From contig NC_090421.1 of assembly GCF_036365525.1 (NCBI RefSeq), positions 2,993,327 through 3,057,326 of the forward strand: 64,000 bases of DNA, read 5' to 3'. Positions 31,874 through 44,971 of the stretch are shown piece by piece. Position 1 is the stretch's first letter. Every line of letters begins with the position of its first letter. The notes beneath the pieces were generated by a model. It saw only the letters and a list, made by a program, of their open reading frames with translations, searched no databases and had not been told where the DNA came from. Position numbers and translations under genes: made by a program. This DNA is from Heterodontus francisci. Its lineage: Eukaryota.

Positions 31874-32126
31874 TTTTACTCTACATACATTCACACTTTA
31901 CATAATTTTCTGAAAACATCAGATAGATGAACTGGAGCCTGTCAGCCATCTTGGATGTTATAGAAAGCTGGACAGAACCTGTTTTAACTTCAGATACATT
32001 AGATTTGGAAAGCTAACATTACTGTAGTATTTATTTACAATTTAAACAGCACATTATTAGAGGAGCTTGGATTTGGAGCTCCAAATATTCACTAATTCTA
32101 TGTGTGTGTGTTTTTTTCTTTTGTAG

Positions 32127-32282
32127 AGATGCAGAAAGGCTGGTGGCACATTGACAACCTGGAGCAGCTAAATTTCTTGCTCAAAGCACTTCATCCCCGG
32201 GGGGTACGGGAAAAGGCCTTACATAAACAACTCCTCAAACACATGGACTATGTCAGTCAAGCTTGTATGAGAGAGAAAACAG
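32127..32282 (+). CDS. BAZ2A: BAZ2A coding exon (WHIM3)
   Basis: ttttgtag|...|gtaggg. Encodes EMQKGWWHIDNLEQLNFLLKALHPRGVREKALHKQL. Confidence 0.93.
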
Positions 32283-32774
32283 GTAGGGCTCTGACTACTT
32301 TATAGGATTGTCAAAGTCCTATTGTGTTTTGTACTCCAGTGATGATAGTGGGTGCCATTTTCTTGAGGGCAAGTTTTATATTTCCGTACTTGACCATCTG
32401 ATGTATCAATATTGTTTGCAAGCTCTCTTTGTGCAGTTTTTTTAATATCTCATTTTCCAAAGGTGCTGACTATTACGGGCTACAGTTCCCCAGCTGCCAA
32501 CTGTCTCACCCAGTTGGCATTGTTCATATACAAACCTGGACAGTGAGTGTTGGCAGCCTATTTGACTGGAGAGGGCGTCACAGCTGAGCCCAGCCCTGTA
32601 GACACCTGAAACCCACACGATGCATTTTCCAGCAGGGATTACTGAATAGCGATCAGAAGCTAAACTCCATGCTGATTCTGCCCCTCCCTAACACACAGAT
32701 GTTGAGTCCAATAGTAGCCCCATCTGAGATCTGTTAACTCCGTATTTATGCCCCTGATTTCTCTCCTTTCTTAG

Positions 32775-32932
32775 ATTCCATCTTTAGCAATAATAACAAA
32801 GAGCAGTCCATTACCAAGGAAATGGTGGAGATGTGGAAACCAGAGAAGTGGGCATTTCCAGTCGACCTTGCAGCCCTGCGCTACCTTGAGGCACTGGAGC
32901 AGAGAGTGATATCTGCAAGTCTGCAGGTGAAG
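32775..32932 (+). CDS. BAZ2A: BAZ2A coding exon
   Basis: tttcttag|...|gtaaga. Encodes DSIFS...WKPEKWAFPVDLAALRYLEALEQRVISASLQVK. Confidence 0.92.
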
Positions 32933-33149
32933 GTAAGAAAGTGTTGACAGACACTGTCTATCATCGAGTGGTGAATATACTGTGCCCATGGACAAATAGA
33001 ACAATCGCAAACTGACTGACACTGGACTACCTGCTGTCCTTCAGTATACGCAATTAAAGACTTTCTGCTGCACTGGGACAGAGAAATAATTAAACAGTTA
33101 CATAATTCAGAATTCCCTTTTCCAGTTTAGAAGTTACATGTTCCCTACA

Positions 33150-34050
33150 CAGCAACAACTCACATTTAGTTTGCACCTTTTAACATAGCAAAAGGTCACC
33201 AGCAGCAGTACAAGAGGGAACTAAGGGAGATGGCTAACAGCACTGTCACAGGAAAATTTTAAGCAGGATTTTGAAGGCGAGGAGGGATGGTTTAGACATC
33301 GGACTGGAGGAGGTTGCGGGGTAGGGGGGAGGGGCACGCAGAGTGAGGCTGTGAAGGAATTATAGAAAAGGCATAGGAGTTTGAAGTCGATGTACTGAGG
33401 ATGGAGGTCAGCAAGGATCAGGATGATAGGTGAATGGGGCTTGGTTCAGGATAGAATGGGGTTGATTGTGTTCTGCATGAGTTGAGTAGTGTAGGGTGGA
33501 GGACAGAGGGTGAGTACTGTTGAGTGTGAGGGTCTCAATGGCATGAATGAAGGTTTTAGTGACAGTTGGGAAAAAGATGAGCATTGTCTCAGAGGCAGAC
33601 AATATTGATGATGGATAGGGCAAAGGGTTATGAAGCTCAGCTCATGGTCGAGCAGGACACCCAGGTGATGCACTGTTAGATTGAGCTTGAGTGGGCATCC
33701 AGGAAGGGGGATGGAATCCAGGGGCTGAGGTGCAGTTTCTGGTGGAGCCTGAACAAGATGACTTCAGTCTTGACAATGTTGAGCTGCAAAATGTTCTGGT
33801 TCAATCACTCTGTACCATGAGGTTGTGCACAGTGAAGGTGAATCAACCAGACTTGTACCCAGCAGTAATCTTCTGCTGAAGGGAGAAGGCCCTTGGTCGT
33901 TGTTGAATGGTCATGGCCTGTGGTGTTCTAGTGATAAAACAGAAGACAAGGTAAATGAGGAAGTAGTGGTTTGGTGACACAAACATGAATTTTAAGAGCT
34001 CGTGATTGTACGGAAGACTCAAGGAGGTAAAGAGTTCCACAGTTTAGAGA
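33150..34050 (-). mobile_element. Old L2-type LINE remnant
   Basis: L2-like 3' tail near 33150 and a remnant peptide HLGVLLDHELSF. Confidence 0.5.
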
Positions 34051-34061
34051 CCCTGAGACCA

Positions 34062-36480
34062 CATCCTGGTGAACCTCCTCTGCACCCTCTCCAAAGCATC
34101 TACATCCTTTTGGTAATGTGGCGACCAGAACTGTGCACAGTACTCCAGCTGTGGTCTAACTAGCATTTTATACAGCTCCATCATAACCTCCCTGCTCTTA
34201 TATTCTATGCCTCAGCAAATAAAGGTAAGCATCCCGTATGCATTCCTAACCACTGTGTTGCTGCCTTCAGTGATCTATGGACAAGTACACAAAGGTTCCT
34301 CTGACCCTCTGTACTTCCTAGGGTCCTACCATCCATTGTATATTCCCTTGCCTTGTTTTTCCTTCCAAAATGCATCACCTCACACTTCTCAGGATTAAAT
34401 TCCATTTGCCACTGCTCCACCCATCTCCCCAGCCCAATTATCATCCTGCAATCTCAGGCTTTCTTCCTCACTATCCATGACATCACTAATTTTCATGTCA
34501 TCGGCAAACTTACTGATCATACCTCCTATATTCATGTCTAAATCATTGATGTACACTACAAACAGTAAGGGTCCCAGCACCGATCCGTGCTGTACACCAC
34601 TGGTCACAGGCTTCCACTCGCAAAAACAACCCTCGACCATCACCCTCTGCCTCCTGCCACTAAGCCAATTTTGGATCCAATTTGCCAAATTACCCTGGAT
34701 CCCATGAGCTCGCACCTTCTTGACCAATCTCCCACGTGGGACCTTATCAAAAGCCTTACTAAAGTCCATGTAGACGACATCAACTGCTATACCGTCATCT
34801 GCACATCTAGTCACTTTCTCGAAAAATTCAATCAAATTTGTTAGGCAGGATCGCCCCCTGACAAAGCAATGCTGACTATCCCTGATTAATCCCTGCCTCT
34901 CCAAGTGGAGATTAATCCTGTCTCTCAGAATTTTTTCCAATAGTTTCCCTACCACTGACGTTAGACTCACTGGCCTGTAATTACCTGGTTTATCCCTGCT
35001 ACTCTTCTTGAATAATGGTACCACATTCGCTGTCCTCCAGTCCTCTGGTACCTCTCCTGTGGCCAGAGAGCATTTGAAAATTTGTGTCAGAGCCCCTGCA
35101 ATCTCCTCCCTTGCCTCACATAGCAGCCTGGGATTTATCCACCTTTAAGCCCGCTAAAACAGCTAATACTTCCTCCTTTTCAATGCTAATATGTTCAAGT
35201 ATATCATAATCCCCCTCCCTGATCTCGACACCTACATCGTCCTTCTCCATAGTGAACACAGATGAAAAGTAATCATTCAAAACCTTACCTACGTCCTCTG
35301 GCTCCACACACAGATTGCCGCTTTGGTCCATAATTGGCCCCACCTTTTCCCTGGTTATCCTCTTGCCCTTAATATACTTAGAAAACGCCTTGGGATTTTT
35401 CTTTATCTTGTCTGCCAGTATTTTTTCATGCCCCCTCTTCGCTCTCCTCATTACTTTTTCAAGTACCCCCCCCCCCCACTACACTTTCTATACTCCTCTA
35501 GGGCCTCCACTGTTTTCAGTGCTCTGAATCTGCCATAAGTCTCCTTTTTTTTTCCTTATCCAATCCTTTATATCCCTTGACATCCAGGGTTCCCTGGACT
35601 TGTTGGTCCTACCCTTCACCTTTACGGGAACATGTTGGCTCTGAACCCTCACTGTTTCCTTTCTGAATGACTCCCACTGGTCTGATGTAGACTTGCCTAC
35701 AAGAAGCTGCTCCCAGTCCACTTTGGCCAGATCCTGTTTTATCATTGAAATCTGCCTTCCCCAATTCTGTACTTTTATTTCCAGTCCCTCTATGTCCTTT
35801 TCCATAACTACCTTAAATCTTAGAGTTATGGTCACTATCCCTGAAATGCTCCCCCACTGCAACTTCTACCACTTGTCCGGCTTCATTCCCTAGGATTAAG
35901 TCCAGTACCGCCCCTCCTCTTGCAGGACTCTCTACGTGCTGGCTCAAAAAGCTCTCCTGAATGCACTTTAAGAATTCCACCCCCTTTAAGCCTTTTGCAC
36001 TAATACTATCCCCTCTAATATAGGGGAAGTTGAAATCCCCTATTATTATTACCCTATTATTTTTGCACCTCTGAGATTTGCCTACATATCTGCTCCTCTA
36101 TCTCTCCCTGACTGTTTGGAGGCCTGTAGTACACTCCCAGCCAAGTGATTGCCCCCTTTATGTTTTTAGGTTCTACCCATATGGCCTTATTAGAGCAACC
36201 TTCTAAGATATCATCCCTCCTTACTGCACTAATTGCCTCTTTAATCAACAATGCAATGCCACCTCCTCTTTTACACCCTCCCCTATCACATCTGAAGATT
36301 CTATACCCTGGAATATTGAGCTGCCAGTCCTGCCCTTCCCTCAACCATGTCTCAGTGATAGCAATAATATGATAATCCCATGTGTTAATCAATGCCCTCA
36401 ATTCATCTGCCTTACTAGTAAGACTCCTTGCGTTAAAATAGGTACAATCCAGCCTTGCATTATTCGCTTGAGCCTTAACA
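34062..36480 (-). mobile_element. Degenerate CR1 LINE (APE and RT remnants)
   Basis: ITETWL, YYRPPNS, PGNYRPVSLTSVVGK, DFSKAFDKV, FADD in several frames. Confidence 0.88.
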
Positions 36481-36720
36481 GGTCTACATTTACTCTGCCC
36501 TCCAGACTGGGGAACTTATAGGACAAAGGTTTGCACCATCAGTTCCCCAAGCGCTGACTGCAATTTGTAACTGGGATATGATGCCATGGGTCAGGTACTG
36601 TAAACGTTTCAAGCTTTGTTTTTGCAGACGTGATGTCATCAGATTGCACTTTCCCACACACTCATTGACCTCCATTGTATTTATATGTGAGCAGTGAAGT
36701 GATGCATTTGATTTGCACAG

Positions 36721-37010
36721 GGCTGGACCAGTCCAGACACTGACTCCACCCGGGACGACCTGGTGTATTTTGATCAGCAGTGGCTCATCTCAGGCGATGG
36801 GAAAGTGAAAGATGAGGAAGAGATGGAATTAATGCGGCGGAATAACAACCCCCTGGATTTGGCTGTAACGCGCTTGGCAACATTAGAGCTAAACGTAGAG
36901 CGGCGGTATTTGAAGGAACCGCTATGGATCCCAGTCTCGGGGAAACTGGAGAATGCAGGGACAGTGAGTTCCAATCCTGCAGAGTGTGTCAATAATGCTG
37001 AACAGCACAG
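36721..37010 (+). CDS. BAZ2A: BAZ2A coding exon
   Basis: ttgcacag|...|gtaatt. Encodes GWTSPDTDSTRDDLVY...NNPLDLAVTRLATLELNVERRYLKEPLW. Confidence 0.93.
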
Positions 37011-37028
37011 GTAATTTACATTGTAATT

Positions 37029-37893
37029 TGTAAGACTCTTAAAAAGGGGGTCTCACTTCCCTCTAAGGTCCTGACCCCGTACTATCAATCACACGAAACA
37101 GACTTTGGATACAATTTCCACTTTATGCGGAACACCTTTATTAACTCACCAAGCAATATTATATACTTACAACACCAATTGCTCAGTTAGACCCACATAC
37201 AGAAACTCGTTCCCAGGTGGTCAGATCCGCTGAACGAATTGTTCCGCACGACTTCCTGTGACTGATCAAGTTACACTTCCCGACTGCAGCAACAATATCC
37301 TTGTGAACTGTGGCTTTATACCCCTTTCTGACCCTGGCCCCTTGACATATAAGGTAATGTTTTGAATTGGGTCATCCAATTGGGTTTCTTATCAATCCCA
37401 CCCTGGCTATGCAAGAGCACCTGCATGTGGTCATATCCTGCTCTCAGCAGGGGGGTGTCTTAAGTGCCTACCACCCATGGATGTCATATCTGCATCTTGA
37501 TAAGGCAACAAGAAAACCATTCACATATATTTCAAAAGGCCATTGTCCACGAGTGTGGTTGTAGACAAGCTGTTTGATGTTGTAACAGCCCAGGCTACCA
37601 CATCAGTGGCATGTCCTGACTTGCCTGTGTGTGTGTATATGTGGGGGTCCTTGTTCAGTTACATTGTCTTTTATTTTTTAAAAATCTAATATGAACCCCA
37701 GTGATGTCTTCGGTCAGAATTCTCCTTCCTTCATCCCGATGTCCTTCGTCTCCACGTTTTTACTACCCAGTGAGGTCCACATGCTGGTCCACATCACAGC
37801 TGGTTACATTTTACTTATGAACAGAACTGCGAGAGATATGAACAAATGCCTCACAGCGTAACAAAAACACAAGAGATATCCAGATGCCTTACA
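37029..37893 (-). mobile_element. Solo LTR (Gypsy- or ERV-type)
   Basis: Termini tgtaag...cttaca. 4-bp TSD aatt at 37025-37028 and 37894-37897. Minus-strand TATAAA (37315-37320) followed by AATAAA (37137-37142). Confidence 0.7.
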
Positions 37894-39193
37894 AATTATT
37901 TGTCACAATATGCAGTTACTTTCTAGACTAAATTTCCCAAGTATGTCTTGGCAGTATGCGAGCCCCTTCTGCTGCCAGTGCATATGGGACAATCACAGGA
38001 GCCTGGTCTGCAGTTTCTCGCTGCTTAAATGTAGAATAATAAGTACCTCAGCGTGTTGCAGAAGCACTGATATTTCAAGGAGCTTGCTGACTTTAAGACC
38101 TGGACTTTCCTCCTACCTCCCAGAGGAGGTTCAGAGCTTGATTTCCGTCTGCTGCCCCCCAACCAACCCCCGCGCTGACCCTGCTGTGACCCTGGTCCAA
38201 TTTCCATCTTGGACCTCATTAAATATCCAGTGAAGGTTCCCAGAGGGATCTCCCCGGCCAAGAGGGAGTCTGCCACTGCCAAGGAGAGGAATGTGGCCTT
38301 GCTGCAGCACCAGTGGAGGAAGGAGCCGTGATTAAAGGGGCAGAAGTACCCCGGAGACCAAAGGCCTTGGACTGGATTGAAACTTCCTGCGGGTAAGTCT
38401 TTGGGACCATTATATAAGGAGAGATGCTTCTTCTAGGGCGCCTCACTCCAAGCAGCTAAGTAGGGGATTGCTACTGCTCTCCCAGGTAGCACTGCCAACC
38501 CAGAGACCCTTTGGAGCACTGCCACCCCAGAGACACCAGCTAGCACTGCTCCCCGGGGGAGCACTGCGGTTTGCCAGGTCCCATCTCCATGCCATCAATA
38601 GGTGCTGAAGGGCAGCTGATGGCCTTCCCAGCTGGGTTGGGGGATGGAGGAAACCTGAAGTGGGAGGTGGAGAAATGGGGTGGTAGACTTAGCTGCGGAA
38701 CTTTCCCGCATCTTCTGCCATTATCCCACTTGAGTCACCTCGTCTAAATCCTGAGGTGGTTTTACTGCCTTATAAACAGCTCGTGTATTCCATATATTTC
38801 ATGCTCCTCCCCATCTCTCTTGAAGGTGCAGATTCATGTGCAATCTCACACACATACACACACATACCAGAATAGTCTGTATGATTCAGTAGCACACACA
38901 TGCCAAAAAAGCTATGGAATTAACTGTAGCAAAATGGAACCATGAGGATTCATGTGAAGGTTTATTTACTTTTTGATACTGGAAAATACCATGCAGTGAA
39001 TACAGACCTGGATGGTGTACTGTTGGAGAGGTGTGGAGGTTGTGTAATAATGCTTCATGTCATTGGAGGGGAGATCATTAACCTGCTGTCAACTATGGAT
39101 CTTTTGGATTGGTTCTGTGGCAATGGCAGCATTGTGGGAAGCATACAGGGAACAATATTATCCTTAGTAGTTTTCTTTGTGTCTTTCACACAG

Positions 39194-39329
39194 TAACGAA
39201 GGTCACATCTCTCCTGGACTGAGCGTGTGGCGGGAAACCTTACTGAAATGCACAAACGCTGCTCAGGTATTCATGTGCATCCAACAACTCGAGAGGGCCA
39301 TAGCCTGGGAGAAATCTGTAATGAAAGTG
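39194..39329 (+). CDS. BAZ2A: BAZ2A coding exon
   Basis: cacacag|...|gtaagc. Encodes HISPGLSVWRETLLKCTNAAQVFMCIQQLERAIAWEKSVMKV. Confidence 0.92.
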
Positions 39330-39499
39330 GTAAGCGTGATAATTTAGTGCTGTTGTAAATGCAGCATGTCTTAATATTTATCTGATGACATACTATTGCA
39401 TGTCTGTCTCTATCCATTTACTCTCTTATCCATTAGTAGCATCTACATGCCCATCTAGCATTCTCTCTCTCTCTAACCTGTATCTTTTACTCCCTGGCA

Positions 39500-39842
39500 A
39501 ACATAGAAACATAGAAAATAGGAGCAGGAATAGGCCATTCGGCCCTTCGAGCCTGCTCCGCCATTCATTATGATCAAGGCTGATCATCCAACTCAGTAAC
39601 CTGTTCCCACTTTCACCCCAGACCCTTTGATCCCTTTAAACCCAAGAGCTATATCTAACTCCTTCTTGAAAACATACAATGTTTTGGCCTCAACTGCTTT
39701 CTGTGGTAGTGAATTCCACAGGCTCACCACTCTCTGGGTGAAGAAATTTCTCCTCATCTCAGTCCTGAAAGATTTACCCCGTATCCTTAGACTATGACCC
39801 CTGGTTCTGGACTGCCCCACCATCGAGAACATCCTTCCTGCA
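39500..39842 (-). mobile_element. CR1 LINE 3' end
   Basis: (tttctatg)n tail; SRTRGHSLRIRG...FFTQRVVSLWNSLP. Confidence 0.85.
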
Positions 39843-40390
39843 AAATGTTATATGGGCTAGCAACCTGTTTCCAGGCCTCTAACACCGTCATTTGATCTTC
39901 CCTTGCTACCTGCTGCTCCCCCCCCTCAGGGCACATCTCCATTTGGCACTCCCATCAGCCTGGCTGTTATTGAGACTCACCAAGCTGGATACTTGTGGCT
40001 GGCTTGGGTCCTACTGCTGTCCACAGGCAGTGCGTCCATGCTCTCCACATGATCACTACTGTTGTAAATCTGAGTGGTCACCTACCCATCCGATACAGGA
40101 GATGGATTCTTACTTTGTGTTGCTGGTTGAGAAAGGGGTACATTTAATCATGTTTTACCATAGTCCCTTCTCCTGAAGACTGGAATACAATTCCACGAGC
40201 ACACCTTCACTGAACAGTTATTGTGTATGACTTTGGATACTGAGTGCTGGTTCTTACTGGGATGAGAGGCATTAAAACTGAGCCTGATCCTGCCTCAACC
40301 CAACCCTAATGCTTTGTGTTCAGCTCACATCCACGACTGGGTTTAAACTGTGAAATTCAGTCACTGTCCTTTCCTGACTTTATTTTGCAG

Positions 40391-40537
40391 TCGTGTCAGA
40401 TATGTCAAAAGGGAGACAAAGATGAGTTGTTATTGCTGTGTGACAACTGTGATCAAGGATGCCACACATACTGCCTCAAGCCTAAGATTATTGAGATCCC
40501 CGAGGGAGACTGGTTCTGTCCGATCTGCACAACCGCG
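40391..40537 (+). CDS. BAZ2A: BAZ2A PHD-finger exon
   Basis: ttttgcag|...|gtaagg. C4HC3 PHD: CQICQKGDKDELLLLCDNCDQGCHTYCLKPKIIEIPEGDWFCPIC. Confidence 0.95.
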
Positions 40538-41232
40538 GTAAGGATCTAGATTCTGAATTGGTTCCCAGGGTCAGACACTGTCTTTCAGTAAATTCCTTCT
40601 AAAGAGCATTTAAAGTTATAGTATCCCATTATTGTTGTAGTATCCAGCGCAGTACGCACCACCCTGCTAATCCAATCTGCCCCTCCCAGCAAAGGTTTAC
40701 TTCTTGCTGATTTTCTATACCTGCCCCCCAACTTTCCTGAAGGTATTGCCCCCTCCCAGGGAACAGTTCCATGGACACCAGATCACCTTCAGTACTTTGG
40801 TTAAGAACCCATTCTCCAACCAAGGGCATGGACAGGGAATGTTGGTAGACTGTTTGACCCCAGAGGAAATTGGAGCCATGCCCAACCCAGACCCCTTCCA
40901 AACACTTCACACGCACATTTTCCAACAGGAGTAACTAGCTAGTGATCAAGAGGAGGAATCCTGGCTAATTATTGCCCTTCCTTACAATTGTCTTCCAACT
41001 AACTCAGCCCAAGTATCCCAAAGCTGGGACCTTCCAATCTGTGTGGCTCACTACCTCACCAGTGTATTGAGCTGGAGAGCTGAGACAGTCGATACTGCAA
41101 AGGCAAACTCTCACTTGTAGAAACAAGAACTTAATTGACTTTTGACTGAGTCAGTATCTGAGCCCAACTATTGAGCCTTCTCATCCCACTAGGTTACATT
41201 GTTTTGGGAAACTATTTGATACTTTTCTCCCT

Positions 41233-41852
41233 GTGTCGGGCTGTGGGGAACTCCGTGTCGGGCTGTGGGGAACTCCGTGTCGGGCTGTGGGGAACTCCGT
41301 GTCGGGCTGTGGGGAGCTCCGTGCCGGGCTGTGGGGAGCTCCGTGCCGGGCTGTGGGGAGCTCCGTGCCGGGCTGTGGGGAGCTCCGTGCCGGGCTGTGG
41401 GGAGCTCCGTGTCGGGCTGTGGGGAGCTCCGTGTCGGGCTGTGGGGAGCTCCGTGTCGGGCGGTGGTGAACTCTGATGGGCTGTGGGGAACTCTGTGATG
41501 GGCTGTGGGGAGCTCCGTGATGGGCTGTGGGGAGCTCCGTGATGGGCTGTGGGGAGCTCCGTGATGGGCTGTGGGGAACTCCGTGTCGGGCTGTGGGGAG
41601 CTCCGTGTCGGGCTGTGGGGAACTCTGATGGACTGTGGGGAGCTCCGTGTCGGGCGGTGGTGAACTCCGTGTCGGGCGGTGGTGAACTCCGTGTCGGGCG
41701 GTGGTGAACTCCGTGTCGGGCTGTGGGGAGCTCCGTGTCGGGCTGTGGGGAGCTCCGTGTCGGGCGGTGGTGAACTCTGATGGGCTGTGGGGAACTCTGT
41801 GATGGGCTGTGGGGAACTCTGTGATGGGCTGTGGGGAACTCCGTGATGGGCT
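41233..41852 (+). repeat. G-rich 22-bp minisatellite (~28 units)
   Basis: Unit gggctgtggggagctccgtgtc with variants; period 22. Confidence 0.95.
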
Positions 41853-41868
41853 TTATTTCTGTTTCCAG

Positions 41869-42098
41869 GCAAACGGCCGGTCTGTCAGGAGTGGAGTGTC
41901 ACAGAGACAAAGCAAACAGAGAAGAGATGGAAGGCGTTCTGTAAACCAAGTCAGTAATGTTGAGGGTTTTGTCCCGCACTGCCCCAGAAAATACATGAAG
42001 AAGCAAAGAAGAAAGTGTCTATCGCGAGGGGGATCATCAGCTGCCAAGAGGAAGAAAATGTCATCCAGAAACCAATCCAGTGACCTCACGCTATGCGA
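41869..42098 (+). CDS. BAZ2A: BAZ2A PHD-bromodomain linker exon
   Basis: gtttccag|...|gtaaga. Basic linker ending AAKRKKMSSRNQSSDLTLCE. Confidence 0.88.
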
Positions 42099-42825
42099 GT
42101 AAGAGCCAGGAGGGAGGGGTCCTCGTGAACCATCTGGTCCCTGCATAAGGCTGTTTCATTACTGACGGCTTTAATTAATTCCATATTTATGTTCTAGACT
42201 GTCAGTAAAATAATGCTGATTTTCTTCTTCCAGTTTTTCTCTTCCCCTGAAGGTATTGTCTTGCTGGCCTACGGTTCCACAGCACCACACTCTCCATTGC
42301 CTCACCTTCGAGTGTCACTGGCCTATTGAACTGTGGGAGACATCACCACCAGGTCCCATCTATCACCAGCTATCGATCAGCAGTGGGAACCCTGGTTGAT
42401 TATTTTTCCCCTCCCTACTCGAGACCAGCTGTAACTGCTACCATTTGTGATCAGTACAGATCAAGGATTGAACTGATATTTTCAGACGCTAATCTTTCTC
42501 AAGAGTCTGCCCAAGTCATGGACTAACAGAGCCCAGCCATTTTATCTCTATAATTGACCATTGTATGTGTGCGAGTGGCTTTGTGTGACTTTCTGTCTGT
42601 CTTGGGAGCTGTAGATGGAGAAGCTGCTCCTCTCCAACTGTGACATCCCCCAAACCCCAAACCCCAAACCCAACATACAGGCAGGAAATGGTAGTCACCA
42701 CCCTGCCTAATCCAACCTGCCCCTAATTGTTCAACATAAGACAGCATACTCTGCAATCCTGTGTCTAGTCCTGGACAAATCTGACTGCATGATTTGAGAC
42801 TAATGTTGAGAATTTTTCTCCACAG

Positions 42826-42969
42826 GGTTATCCTCATGGAAATGGAATCCCACGAGGATGCCTGGCCCTTCCTGCATCCTGTGAACCCACGACTGGTGCC
42901 TGGCTACAGGAAAATCATCAAAAGGCCCATGGACTTTTCCACTATCAGGGGAAAGCTCATTAGTGGGAA
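42826..42969 (+). CDS. BAZ2A: BAZ2A bromodomain exon
   Basis: ctccacag|...|gtaagt. Encodes VILMEMESHEDAWPFLHPVNPRLVPGYRKIIKRPMDFSTIRGKL. Confidence 0.95.
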
Positions 42970-43324
42970 GTAAGTATCATTGTCTAGAGGGTCAGTGATG
43001 GTTGGAGGTTAAAGAAAGAAACAGTCAAATGTAATGGAGTCTGGATGGGGCTTTTTCAGGTAGAGACCTCATGCTTCTTATCATTTGTGTTTGTGAGTGG
43101 GAATTGATCAGAAGCCATTGATGCTGGAGCAAGGCATGCCCCAAGTGGACTTGGTCATTACGGTTTGTTGATGAGAGGATTGCCTGAGTTGGTACCCACT
43201 AATGGGATGGGACTTCTTAATAAGTACATGGAAAACTTCAACCCACTTCTCTACAATCTCCATTAGAGACTGGGGCCTATCAAGTGGGACACTTCTGGCC
43301 CAAATGACTCAGCACCACAAGAGG

Positions 43325-43520
43325 TGATTTTTTTTATTCTTTCATGGAATGTGGATGTCACTGACCAGGCTAGAATTGATTGCCCATCGCTAATTGCCCT
43401 TGAGAAGGTGGTGGCGAGCTGCCTTCTTGAACCGCTGCTGTCCATGTGAGGTAGGTACACCCACAGTGCTGTTAGGAAGGGAGTTCCAGGATTTTGACCC
43501 AGCGACAGTGAAGGATCGGG
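43325..43520 (-). mobile_element. LINE 3' end fragment (CR1 group)
   Basis: Peptide SKSWNSLPNS...FKKAARHHLLKG* followed by an A-rich tail on the - strand. Confidence 0.65.
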
Positions 43521-44817
43521 AGAGCCCAGCATTGGATAACTTGACAGCTTGAATGTGAAATACTGTTTTGAAAACAGAAACGAATCTCATATGCTAACAC
43601 TTACTGAGTGCCTACTTCATCCCTGGTTGTAACATTTACACATCACCCAGAGCAAATCTCCACCACCCCTCCCCCCTTGTCTGCAAAATTAAAGCCCCAC
43701 AAACACTCTAAATACAAAATCAATTTTTTTCTTCCATAGTTTTGAGTTGGAAGTGGATTGTGAGCTGCATGAAACAGGAATCTCGAATGAGAATTTTTAC
43801 CAGTTCTATATAAACATCTGCTATACAAGAAAGGATAAAAGATCTGTTCCAAAAGGTGTCTCATATGTTTCCAAGATTACTGGCACCAATATGACTGGGA
43901 TTGGTGGCTGTTGTTAATGTTTTTAACTCCCACATGTGTAATGGAAAGGGATTAGCTGCTTCAGCCTAATGATTTTTCTCCAGTGTTTTCCATTAATCAC
44001 AAGCTGCTGAATGAGAAATGTCCCATCAGTGTAAACCAACCTGCGTATTGCATCTGCGTTTGTGTCCTGATCTTAGTGGCAACAGTTCAAAGCCCTATTG
44101 AATTGAAATGTGAGAGGTGTCATTTTTTTGTAAACATCCAAGAATCACGTTGACTAAGAATGAACTGTATTGGGCTCCAGAGATTGCTGAGTGAACGCAG
44201 AGTCCAGTGTAGGACTCGACCACACACACATATCACAAAGGTCTCAGGCTTGCTCCTTAGCCTGTGCTGTCTTAGTTAATCTCAGCTGCCCTCCTGCAAT
44301 TGTCTTTGGCATTCTTGGGTGAGCAAAGAGTTGAAATCAGCTACTGGTCTTACTCCTGATCACTATACAACTGGCTCTCCCAGAATTGCATGTGTGTAGA
44401 CATCAGGTGAGTACATGATCACATTTGATGTGATGCCACCATGGTAGTCTAGCCATCTGCTGCTCACTGTCTGGGCCCACACGAATGGCCGCATGGGTAT
44501 CGTAGACACACAGGCAAATTCCAGCGGGGATCATTGGACAGAGATCTGCAGCAGGGATATCTAATTTCTCTCTCTATCTCTCTCTCTCTCTTCCCCACCC
44601 ACCCACCCCCCTGCCTTGGTGACACTGAGGCCAACTGATCACTGCCCTTTCAGAAACCAGGGATTGAACCTGGGACTTTCCTGGTCCATGTGCCTCAGTG
44701 CCACACAGGCAGCGGATTTGCCAAGTGAGCTGTGAAATAGCATGTGGAATAGTGGAGAATGCTGATAGCTATTTTTTAAAAGTGTACTAAACATTTTGAA
44801 ATGGTTTCTCCGGACAG

Positions 44818-44971
44818 ATACTTGAGCTGCAAGGAGTTTGCTGCAGACACTACCTTGGTGTTCGATAACTGCATGACCTTTAATGAAGATGACTCTGAGG
44901 TCGGACGGGCAGGACACGTGATGCGGAAATTCTTTGAGAGTCGATGGGCTGAGTTTTATCATTCGAGCTAG
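44818..44971 (+). CDS. BAZ2A: BAZ2A terminal coding exon (bromodomain C-terminus, stop TAG)
   Basis: cggacag|. Encodes YLSCKEFAADTTLVFDNCMTFNEDDSEVGRAGHVMRKFFESRWAEFYHSS*. The ending FFESRWxEFY is BAZ2A-type rather than BAZ2B-type. Confidence 0.94.

Noticed and set aside
41171-41872. Repetitive ORFs of up to 227 aa
   Set aside because: Translations of the 22-bp minisatellite.
722-44971. Gene as BAZ2B
   Set aside because: Diagnostic segments (AYGxEPxLC, RKNKWIVEG, NPLDLAV, the AT-hook before WHIM3, FFESRWxEFY) fit BAZ2A better; a phylogeny would settle it.
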